This document shows, one piece after another, positions 1 to 6,707 of a stretch of 12,019 bases of DNA (the first letter of the stretch is position 1; every line of letters begins with the position of its first letter). This DNA is from a virus. Made by a program: the position numbers and the translations under genes. The stretch lies in IMG/VR virus record IMGVR_UViG_3300029955_000438; one strand, written 5' to 3'. The notes beneath the pieces are model-generated. The model had not been told where the DNA came from and did not search any database. It worked only from the letters and a program-made list of their open reading frames with translations.

Positions 1-173
1 CCAATCGCGAAGAGCTCGAAGCCTTCCTCGCCAAGATGGAGGAGGAGATGCGCGAGGCCGCCAAGAAATTCGAATTCGAGCGCGCGGCCAAGATGCGCGA
101 TCTCATCCGCGAACTGCGATTGGAGAGAGATCGAAGAGGCAAGAGGACTAGCCGAAGCTGCGCTGACCAATAG
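1..173 (+). CDS. 3' fragment of a UVR-domain protein (UvrB/UvrC C-terminal-like helical hairpin); the 5' end lies outside the window
   Basis: Frame 3 is open from the window edge and translates as ...NREELEAFLAKMEEEMREAAKKFEFERAAKMRDLIRELRLERDRRGKRTSRSCADQ*. The core EEMREAAKKFEFERAAKMRDLIREL matches the UVR motif of the UvrB C-terminus (…EFEEAARLRDEI…). Stop codon TAG at 171-173. Confidence 0.55.
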   Translation, partial: NREELEAFLAKMEEEMREAAKKFEFERAAKMRDLIRELRLERDRRGKRTSRSCADQ

Positions 174-195
174 CCAAAAAAAATCTCTAAAACAA

Positions 196-227
196 TAGCC
201 AAAAAGGTGTCAACCCCGGTATACTGT
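196..227 (+). promoter_or_regulatory. Sigma70-like promoter, copy 1 of a conserved phage promoter: -35 TAGCCA (196-201), 18-nt spacer, -10 TATACT (220-225) embedded in CCCCGGTATACTGT
   Basis: The 14-mer CCCGGTATACTGT recurs at 4324-4337 and 10059-10072, each about 20-25 nt upstream of an SD plus ATG. The spacing to a TAGNCA -35 element is 17-18 nt in all three copies. Confidence 0.6.
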
Positions 228-247
228 GATTGGAGAGAAGAAACCAC

Positions 248-2656
248 ATGAAACTAGGAACCGCAGGTAGTGCAATGGAAGTTGGTGGGGCATTAACCCG
301 CCCCAGAGCATTCTCGTTCAACAACAGTGCTTTGGCTTTCAAGCTCTTTTCGTCGGGCATCTACAATAGCAAGATTGAAGCTATCCTCCGCGAATTGGCT
401 TGCAACGCCAGGGACGCTCATGTCGCTGCTGGCAAAGCCGACACACCTTTCGAGATTCACCTGCCTACCGCTTTCGACCCGACCTTCCGCCTTAATGACT
501 TCGGCACTGGCCTGAAGTACATCGAGGGGGGCTGCAAACAGTGCCATGGTGTTGGTCTTGTAGAGACCCAGCACGGTGATACCCCCTGCCCCGACTGCGA
601 CGGCACTGGCGACTATGATGCCGTCATTAGCCTGTACTGCATCTACTTCGCCAGCGACAAGAACGACTCCAATGAGTTCATCGGTGCCATGGGCATCGGC
701 TCCAAGAGCCCCTTCTGCTATGACGAAAAGGGCGGCGGATTCTCTATCACCAACCGCTACGAGGGTGTCACCCGCATCTATCAGGCAGCGGTACACAATG
801 GCTTCCCCACGGTCGTCCTTCAGAGCAAGGAGGATACCCCGGACTCCCCCAATGGGGTGGAAATTTCCCTCCCGGTAAAGATTGGTGACATCTGGGAGTT
901 TGAGAACAAGGCACGTAGTGTGTTCGAGTTCTTCTCCCCGTTGCCGATTTTCAACAAAGAAATTTCGATAAACAAACAGATTTACACCATCAGAACCGAG
1001 AAGTGGGGTCTGCGTGACAACACCGTCAGCACCATCAGCGGTCTCCGGGCGATTCAGGGCATCGTGCCCTACGATGTGGGCGACATCGACATCAGCCGCA
1101 TGAATACCCACCAGCGGCGTATCAGCGAGATGGAGTTGGATATCTTCCTCCCGATTGGCGACTTGGAAGTTACCGCTTCCCGCGAGTTCATTCAGTTGGA
1201 CGAACGTACTGTCGGCAACATCCTGAAGGCTCTAGACGGGGTTCATGAGGGGATGTTGGAGGAAATCAAGAAGAAGATTGACCAGTGCGCTGCTGTCTGG
1301 GAAGCACGGCTCCAGATTTACGACCTGACTTCGCGAGGCGGAAGCCTCGGCAAGATTGTCAACGATGCCTACAACAACGGTCTACTCTTGGGCAACTACA
1401 GCCACTTCACCATGAGCGATGAGATGGCCGTGGTCAACAAATCCGACTATGAGGGCATTCAGCTCACTCAGTACAGCTACAATTTTCGGGCTGAGAAGAG
1501 AGCCAAGAAGGAATCACTGTTCTCCTTCAACGCCGCGTCTGTCAAAAACATGCGTGACCGCATCGCAGAAGACCCGACATGCCGCAAGAACTACGATGTA
1601 CGGGTGGAAGTCGAGCCCAAGGTGGCCTTCGTCATCAATGACCTGAAGGTCTCTGCGGATAAGTACATTGGCTACTTCCTCCAGTGCGCGGTTGACCGTG
1701 GCGGCAAGACGTTGGTGTACTGCGTCAATCGTCAGAACAAGTCAGTGGACATGAGCACGGTGATGTCGCAGGGGCTCACCATGATGGAGAAGCTTGGCAA
1801 TCCGCCTGTCACCCTCGCTTCCGAGCTGAAGGCACGCTATGGCGAATTTGTGGACACTCCGCGAGAGAAGGGAGTAGCCATCCCCCGCCAACGCCGCAAC
1901 GTCTCGGTACTGGTGAACGAAGTGCCCCACCCCCGCCGTGGCAGCGCGGGCTGGGCGAAGGCTTGGGACAAGGCTGACAACGATGTCATCGACCTCCCCG
2001 GCATGAAGTATTACGTCATTACGGATGGCAGTGGCTCCGGCCACGAGTCCACGGGGTTCTACAAAGCCCGGGAGTTCGTGAGGTTTGTCAATTCGGTTCG
2101 CGAGTCGAACCTTCTGGATGTTCCGGTCTACGGTCTGAAGGCTAACTCGAAGCTGATTGAAGGTGCTGATTGGAAGCCCTACATGCCAGCGGTCTGGGCG
2201 GCTGTCAAGAAGCACATGACCCCGGCTCGTGAACAGCGCATGACCATGGTGGATTGCATTGGCAACTTCTCTACCAGTTGGGATTTCGTGTTCGATTACA
2301 TGACCGAGCACCCCATGGACGCAGAGAGCCCGGTACAGCAGTTCGTAGTCAAATTGAATAAGGCCAAGGAGAGCCGCACTAAGGCGGAAGGCACTGCGTT
2401 GCAGAGCGTACTTCAGGTAGCCGCCGCCCGTAATAAGTACACGATGCCGCAGCGAGTGGTTATCGACTTCGGGAAGAAGTGGGATGAAGTAAAAGAATTC
2501 TACCCGATGATGAAATATACTGGCCGTTCTAGCTGGATGGCTGGTACAATAGAGGAAGCGGTGGTAGTAACCAACTACTTCAAGCTGGAAGATGCGAATC
2601 GTGAAGCACAGTCCAGCATTAACGATAACATCAAGGAGATGACCGCATATGTCTAA
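248..2656 (+). CDS. rIIA: rIIA-like protein: N-terminal GHKL (Hsp90/MORC-type) ATPase domain with an inserted DnaJ-like zinc knuckle, followed by a large C-terminal region
   Basis: ATG at 248 is preceded by GGAGAGAAG (233-241). The track ORF starts at TTG 230, but 248 is better placed relative to the SD. Bergerat motifs are present: N-box ILRELACNARDAH (nt ~386-421; compare Hsp90 RELISNASDA), G1 box LNDFGTGL (nt 491-514), G2 box IGAMGIGSKSPF (nt 677-712; compare Hsp90 IGQFGVGFYSAF). Between G1 and G2 sits CKQCHGVG…CPDCDGTG (nt 533-610), i.e. 2x CxxCxGxG. The stop overlaps the start of the rIIB-like gene immediately downstream, matching the T4 rIIA-rIIB arrangement. Confidence 0.8.
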   Translation: MKLGTAGSAMEVGGALTRPRAFSFNNSALAFKLFSSGIYNSKIEAILRELACNARDAHVAAGKADTPFEIHLPTAFDPTFRLNDFGTGLKYIEGGCKQCHGVGLVETQHGDTPCPDCDGTGDYDAVISLYCIYFASDKNDSNEFIGAMGIGSKSPFCYDEKGGGFSITNRYEGVTRIYQAAVHNGFPTVVLQSKEDTPDSPNGVEISLPVKIGDIWEFENKARSVFEFFSPLPIFNKEISINKQIYTIRTEKWGLRDNTVSTISGLRAIQGIVPYDVGDIDISRMNTHQRRISEMELDIFLPIGDLEVTASREFIQLDERTVGNILKALDGVHEGMLEEIKKKIDQCAAVWEARLQIYDLTSRGGSLGKIVNDAYNNGLLLGNYSHFTMSDEMAVVNKSDYEGIQLTQYSYNFRAEKRAKKESLFSFNAASVKNMRDRIAEDPTCRKNYDVRVEVEPKVAFVINDLKVSADKYIGYFLQCAVDRGGKTLVYCVNRQNKSVDMSTVMSQGLTMMEKLGNPPVTLASELKARYGEFVDTPREKGVAIPRQRRNVSVLVNEVPHPRRGSAGWAKAWDKADNDVIDLPGMKYYVITDGSGSGHESTGFYKAREFVRFVNSVRESNLLDVPVYGLKANSKLIEGADWKPYMPAVWAAVKKHMTPAREQRMTMVDCIGNFSTSWDFVFDYMTEHPMDAESPVQQFVVKLNKAKESRTKAEGTALQSVLQVAAARNKYTMPQRVVIDFGKKWDEVKEFYPMMKYTGRSSWMAGTIEEAVVVTNYFKLEDANREAQSSINDNIKEMTAYV

Positions 2657-3881
2657 CCTACAGGCAGCAGTACCCTACATCATGACGCCCGATTTCGTAT
2701 CGGTAATCGTCAGAGGACGCTCGTTCCAGTTGGTTCCCAGCCACCCGACATTCAAGCAGGTGGTCGCTGCCCTGAAGGCAAAGGCGTGGGCGAAGATTCC
2801 GAAACTGGTCTCGCTGGCGGAGCAGATTGCCAACCAAAGCCACGGCCACGTCAAGATTGAAAGGGGTCTGGTGACATACAAAGGCCGCGAAGTCAACTCG
2901 ACTCTGACCAAGCGGATGCTTGAACTCATCGACCACGGTCAGCCTGTGGCTTCGCTGCTGAAGTTCATGGACAACCTGTACAAGAACCCGCAGCCGGAAG
3001 CTATCTCTGAGTTCTACGAGTGGCTGATGGATAACGAGTTGCCGATCTATGACGACGGTACCTTCGCGGCGTATAAGTACGTCCGTGACGACTACACGGA
3101 TACCCACACGGGTACCGTACTGAACACACCCGGCGAAATCATCATCACTTCCCGCAACCTGGTGGACGCCAACTGGCGGACGCAATGCGCCTCAGGCTAC
3201 CACGTGTGCTCGAAGAAGTATGGCACGTATGGTTCGAAGTGCATGGAGGTGAAAATTCACCCGCGTGATGTCCTCTCGGCCAACGGTGGCAAGATGCGTG
3301 TCACCCGCTACGAAGTCATGAGAGAACTTGGTAACAAGGACGAAATCGAGTTCACGGCTGAGGGCTACGCTGAGTTGGAGGGTAAGGGCGTGCTGGCTAT
3401 TAACAAGGAACGTCGCGACCTGATTAAGGCTTTGACCTCGCTCCCGGCTGTAAAGCGTCTGGTGCGTAACAAGAAGCTGAACCCCAAGTCATTCCGTAAG
3501 GCATCACTGGTTCGTTTGCAGAGTTGGCTCACGAAGTTCGGCGAGACGGTTCCGGTGGAACAGTCCAAGCTGTTCGAGAACCCGCTTCGCCCCGCACGTG
3601 TGGCGGCTAAGCTGACCACTTCGCAGGTGGCAAAGGCCATGGACGTGTCCACGGCTGAGGCATACAACCTCGAACGCAAGAAAAACCCCACACAGGACGA
3701 GATTGACTCGTATCTCGAAGGAATCATCGCTCTGACTAAGGCTGCCGGGGTTGCTTACCCAACACCTGCGTCAGCAGTCCCGGAGGAAGATGAGCGCGTC
3801 GATCTGGGCGAGCCCTCCGACGAGGAAGATGAGTACGAGGAAGATGAGGACTGTGACGAGGAAGACGACGGGGGTTACTAA
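2649..3881 (+). CDS. rIIB: rIIB-like protein with an extended C-terminus ending in a polyacidic tail
   Basis: ATG at 2649 lies inside ATGTCTAA, overlapping the rIIA stop at 2654-2656. AAGGAGA sits 9 nt upstream. The core …YDDGTFAAYKYVRDDY…TQCASGYHVCSKKYGTYGSKCMEVKIHPRDVLSANGGKMRVTRYEVM… aligns with the T4 rIIB core (…GYFYAWKVVRSNY…CSRGLHVCSKSY…VKVHPRDVVS…KMRTCQYEVV…). The C-terminus is DEEDEYEEDEDCDEEDDGGY. Confidence 0.85.
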   Translation: MSNLQAAVPYIMTPDFVSVIVRGRSFQLVPSHPTFKQVVAALKAKAWAKIPKLVSLAEQIANQSHGHVKIERGLVTYKGREVNSTLTKRMLELIDHGQPVASLLKFMDNLYKNPQPEAISEFYEWLMDNELPIYDDGTFAAYKYVRDDYTDTHTGTVLNTPGEIIITSRNLVDANWRTQCASGYHVCSKKYGTYGSKCMEVKIHPRDVLSANGGKMRVTRYEVMRELGNKDEIEFTAEGYAELEGKGVLAINKERRDLIKALTSLPAVKRLVRNKKLNPKSFRKASLVRLQSWLTKFGETVPVEQSKLFENPLRPARVAAKLTTSQVAKAMDVSTAEAYNLERKKNPTQDEIDSYLEGIIALTKAAGVAYPTPASAVPEEDERVDLGEPSDEEDEYEEDEDCDEEDDGGY

Positions 3882-3918
3882 CAATTCGGGGTAGTCCATT
3901 CTCCTTCTACCCTGCCCG

Positions 3919-3953
3919 AACCGGGAGCCGTACAGGGCTCCCGGTTTATTTTG
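3919..3953 (+). terminator. Rho-independent terminator after rIIB
   Basis: Perfect 9-bp stem CCGGGAGCC (3921-3929), loop GTACAG, stem GGCTCCCGG (3936-3944), then TTTATTTT (3945-3952). An extra A:T pair flanks the stem. Confidence 0.8.
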
Positions 3954-3987
3954 AAAATTCTTCAAAGGATCGAATCAGGGGGATTCT

Positions 3988-4308
3988 ATGAGCGCGAGTA
4001 AGTGGGCACAGTGCCCACGATGCACAATAAACAACGAGAAGGAAGCTGATAAAAAGGACAGGGAGGCTCTCCTTTCCTACGGAAAAGTCACCCCAGAGCG
4101 GTACCTTGCTCAGCTTACGGAGGCCGCAAAGTACAGGGCTGACTTGCGCTCCGAAGACCAGTGTACGCTCCGGGAAGACTACACGCTGGGCACGCTTATC
4201 TACAAAGAATTCAATGGCCAGATAGCGTTTTACGTGCGATATTCCTCTCGCTGCGACCGATGCGGCTGGAAATTTACGTTTACGCACGATGAAGAGCTAA
4301 AATTGTAG
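3988..4308 (+). CDS. Small (106 aa) zinc-ribbon-like protein of unknown function
   Basis: SD AGGGGGA sits upstream of ATG 3988. There are two CxxC pairs, CPRC near the N-terminus and CDRC near the C-terminus. The gene sits between the rIIB terminator and the Ku promoter with no promoter of its own. Its stop TAG (4306-4308) overlaps the -35 of the next promoter. Confidence 0.6.
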   Translation: MSASKWAQCPRCTINNEKEADKKDREALLSYGKVTPERYLAQLTEAAKYRADLRSEDQCTLREDYTLGTLIYKEFNGQIAFYVRYSSRCDRCGWKFTFTHDEELKL

Positions 4309-4337
4309 ACAAATCTGGTACTTCCCCGGTATACTGT
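4306..4337 (+). promoter_or_regulatory. Conserved promoter, copy 2: -35 TAGACA (4306-4311), 18-nt spacer, -10 TATACT (4330-4335) within CCCCGGTATACTGT; drives the Ku gene
   Basis: Near-identical to the copy at 10042-10072 (TGTTAGACAAA…CCCGGTATACTGTAAA). It is followed by SD AAGGAGA (4344-4350) and ATG 4360. Confidence 0.65.
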
Positions 4338-4359
4338 AAACATAAGGAGAAACACCAAA

Positions 4360-5346
4360 ATGGCAAAGGCAAAGAACACATCGAAGACCGAAACCCCCGT
4401 CGCGGCTCCCGCGAAGCCTAGTGTCGCCGACCTCTCCAGCAAGTTGAACAACCTTCTCCACCCGAAGGTTGAGTTCGCCGATGTGAACGCCGCCGCCCCC
4501 GAGAAGGTTGGCTGTGGCCGTTCGACTTGGTCGGGTAAGCTGGTCGTCATCGAGGGCGCGAATGGCCTGACCGTCCCCGTCAAGACCTACAAGGTCATTG
4601 AGGACTCCGAGAAGTTCAAGACCAACATGATTCACCAGTGCAACCACGAAGCCTCTGAAGAGGCTCCCGTGTACGGACAGCTTAAGCAGGGTGCGATGAA
4701 GTGTGAGGCGTGCGAGGCGATTGTCGAGCGTGCCCAGTCCCTGAAGGGCATGAAGGATGACGACGGCAAGTTTTTCGTCATCACTGACGACGAGAAGAAG
4801 GGCTGCATGGTTCTGGCCGACAAGGTCATGACCGTTGAGAAGCTGGTTCCGGCGACGGAAGTTGACCCCCTGTACTTCGAAGCTGCCGAGTACCTCGGAG
4901 CCGATGGTGGTTCGATTGTCGAACGCGCCCTCGCCGTCTTCCGCGAGATGCTGGTGAGCACGGGTCAGGTGGCTGTTGCTCAGACCGCTCAGAGGGGGCG
5001 TGAACAGACTGTCATCATCCGCCCTTTGAAGGTTGGTCTGGCGGTTCACTTCGTGTACTTCGAACACGAAATCCGCATCTTCGACAAGGTTGCCCCGGTT
5101 GTCCTGAGCGAGGACGAGAAGACTCTGGCGAAGCAGCTTGGCGAGGCGATGTCTGACAAGTTCGTCTCCTCGGACTACAACGACAAGTTCTCGATTCGCT
5201 TCCGCAACCTGCTGACCGCCAAGAAGGCTGGCGTGGCCGCTCCTGAAGTCAAGAAGCAGGACGCCACCGCAGTGGTCACGGTTGACCTGATGGCCGCTTT
5301 GAAGGCTTCACTGGCCAACAAGAAGGCTGCAAAGGCTGGTAAGTAA
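4360..5346 (+). CDS. ku: Ku-like DNA end-binding protein (NHEJ Ku homologue) with an N-terminal K/A/P-rich extension and a basic C-terminal tail
   Basis: Matches to bacterial Ku: RSTWSGKLV…VPVKTY (compare Mku RAIWTGSIAFGLVNVPVKVY), CEACEAIV (compare CEACGEVV), FFVITDDE (compare MVAITDDD), EVDPLYFE (compare DVDPMMFD), HFVYFEHEIR (compare HTLLWPDEIR). The C-terminal VDLMAALKASLANKKAAKAGK resembles the lysine-rich Ku tail. About 50 extra residues (MAKAKNTSKTETPVAAPAKPS…) precede the core. Confidence 0.85.
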   Translation: MAKAKNTSKTETPVAAPAKPSVADLSSKLNNLLHPKVEFADVNAAAPEKVGCGRSTWSGKLVVIEGANGLTVPVKTYKVIEDSEKFKTNMIHQCNHEASEEAPVYGQLKQGAMKCEACEAIVERAQSLKGMKDDDGKFFVITDDEKKGCMVLADKVMTVEKLVPATEVDPLYFEAAEYLGADGGSIVERALAVFREMLVSTGQVAVAQTAQRGREQTVIIRPLKVGLAVHFVYFEHEIRIFDKVAPVVLSEDEKTLAKQLGEAMSDKFVSSDYNDKFSIRFRNLLTAKKAGVAAPEVKKQDATAVVTVDLMAALKASLANKKAAKAGK

Positions 5347-5353
5347 CGACATC

Positions 5354-5385
5354 GTGGGGGTAGGCTAGCACCCCGCCCCCACTTT
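5354..5385 (+). terminator. Possible weak terminator hairpin after ku
   Basis: GTGGGGG (5354-5360) pairs with CCCCCAC (5376-5382) across a 15-nt loop that contains the GCTAGC palindrome. It is followed by only TTT, so it is weak. Confidence 0.35.
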
Positions 5386-5471
5386 CAAGATTGAGCTGAC
5401 AAAACACGTGCGGTCTGGCCGATGTGCTGAATTCATCGTATCCTCGCCGCTGAATATTTTTCGGAGATGAC

Positions 5472-5717
5472 ATGGAAAAATTTAGCACGAGTGCCCCCAT
5501 TGAAGTACCATCTGAAGTGAAAGCTGCTCTGGATGCGTTCGTTGAGGACGACGGGCTGGAGTACGCCGACAACCAGCGGTATGGCTTGACCTCCGACTTG
5601 ACCTCCATGGCGTTGTTCGAGGAAGCCAGAAGCCGGGGGTGCTGTGGTAGCTTTGAAACCACAGTGACTGACCTGCAAGGCCGGGAGTGGATGGTCGGGT
5701 GCAACTACGGCCACTAA
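5472..5717 (+). CDS. Hypothetical 81-aa acidic protein with a C-terminal Cys cluster
   Basis: GGAGA SD sits 5 nt upstream of ATG. Codon usage fits the + strand genes. The protein ends …RSRGCCGSFETTVTDLQGREWMVGCNYGH. No family recognised. Confidence 0.45.
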   Translation: MEKFSTSAPIEVPSEVKAALDAFVEDDGLEYADNQRYGLTSDLTSMALFEEARSRGCCGSFETTVTDLQGREWMVGCNYGH

Positions 5718-5770
5718 AGCCAAACCTCGGTTGTCCGGGGATACTAAACCACGGAGGTAGAAAGGGTGGT

Positions 5771-6595
5771 ATGCTACACTTCATATTCCCGGCTGACCCG
5801 CTGAACCCGAAAAAGCTGGATGAGTATTTCGCCCCGCAGGCGTCCGCTCTGAAACGCTACCCCAACTCTGTGTACTCCACTGAGGCAGGTGGAATCTGGG
5901 GAGATTGCAGTAACAACCCGAGAGGGTTCGATGGTGCTGTGGTAGTGTATCGTGGCTGGATGCTAAACTCGGCTGAATACCGCGCTATGACAGACAAGGT
6001 GAAGACGATGGGTGGGCGGCTGTTTACTCGCCCGGAGGACTACATTCGCTGTCACCACCTGCCGTGCTGGTACCCGCTGATAGCGGGGCTGACTCCTGAT
6101 ACTGTAGTTTTTCCTGAGTTCTGTTTCACCCCGCAGTTCAACCTCGTGCTGGCTCTACAGGCATTGGGGTGGGAGCACTACTTTATCAAGGACTATGTGA
6201 AGTCCCTGAAGCTGGAGAACCATCCATCGGTGACGACACCGCAAGATGTCCTCACACTGCTTGATGCCATGACAAAATTCCGTGGCAAGTTGGAGGGCGG
6301 CATCTGTGTTCGCCGGGTGGAGAAACTGACCGACGAACGCCGCTTCTTCGTTATCCAAGGACGGACTATCGGGGTTTCGGGGGAGTGGGCAAAGGTGGAC
6401 ACCAACGGTATTTACGACCTGCTTGAGACTGTTCGTACCCGCGTGGCGTCTCCCTTCTACTCCGTGGACATCGCGATTCGCGACGACGGCCAGCCTCGGG
6501 TGGTAGAAATTGGAGACGGTCAAGTATCAGACTTGGTTGGTAACTGGACCCCGGAGGCGTTTGCCAACATTTGGGCCGGAGTGTACCATGATTAA
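5771..6595 (+). CDS. ATP-grasp superfamily enzyme (probable peptide/amino-acid ligase; R2K/RimK-like clade is a guess)
   Basis: The C-terminal half carries the ATP-grasp catalytic-core pattern …RRFFVIQGRTIGVSGEWAKVDTNG…FYSVDIAIRDDGQPRVVEIGDGQVSDLVGN… (E-x-G/N metal-binding loop). Start ATG 5771 follows GGAGGTAGAAAGGGTGG. The upstream in-frame extension to GTG 5687 has rare codons and AT-rich third positions, so I reject it. The stop overlaps the next ORF. Confidence 0.7.
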   Translation: MLHFIFPADPLNPKKLDEYFAPQASALKRYPNSVYSTEAGGIWGDCSNNPRGFDGAVVVYRGWMLNSAEYRAMTDKVKTMGGRLFTRPEDYIRCHHLPCWYPLIAGLTPDTVVFPEFCFTPQFNLVLALQALGWEHYFIKDYVKSLKLENHPSVTTPQDVLTLLDAMTKFRGKLEGGICVRRVEKLTDERRFFVIQGRTIGVSGEWAKVDTNGIYDLLETVRTRVASPFYSVDIAIRDDGQPRVVEIGDGQVSDLVGNWTPEAFANIWAGVYHD

Positions 6596-6707
6596 ATTTT
6601 GGGACAGGTTGCTCAAGTCGGAAGTCGATATAGTTCGTACCTTGATAAACCTCACCTTGATTCACGAGGTCGATTTTTACTTGGGAGACGATAGTGAAGA
6701 AGAATAA
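6588..6707 (+). CDS. Micro-ORF (39 aa, MIKFWDRLLKSEVDIVRTLINLTLIHEVDFYLGDDSEEE) bridging the ATP-grasp and Pth2 genes
   Basis: ATG 6588 lies within CCATGATTAA, overlapping the ATP-grasp stop at 6593-6595. Its stop at 6705-6707 overlaps the Pth2 GTG start at 6694. It may be a genuine coupling peptide or only an artefact of the overlap. Confidence 0.3.
   Translation: MIKFWDRLLKSEVDIVRTLINLTLIHEVDFYLGDDSEEE

Noticed and set aside
171-205. Direct repeat TAGCCAAAAA (171-180 and 196-205) as a possible attachment or integration site
   Set aside because: It is only 10 bp with no integrase or recombinase nearby. The second copy is simply the promoter -35, and the first overlaps the stop codon. Most likely coincidental or a promoter duplication remnant.
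230-247. TTG start at 230 for rIIA given by the ORF track
   Set aside because: ATG 248 sits at a better distance from the GGAGAGAAG SD. The other two copies of the promoter/SD cassette also place ATG ~8-10 nt after the SD.
293-1111. 272-aa antisense ORF inside rIIA, and similar long minus-strand ORFs at 1742..2311, 2658..3185, 4297..5067, 7235..8137, 8738..9211 and 10172..10843
   Set aside because: All lie within + strand genes that have clear homology. In a GC-rich genome, long antisense ORFs arise readily because stop codons are rare. None has an SD or an independent signature. Their products are Arg/Gly/Val-rich in a way typical of out-of-frame GC-rich translation.
5687-5770. N-terminal extension of the ATP-grasp gene from GTG 5687, overlapping the 81-aa gene
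   Set aside because: The extension uses rare codons (CTA, ATA, AGA) with AT-rich third positions, unlike neighbouring genes. ATG 5771 has an upstream GGAGG.
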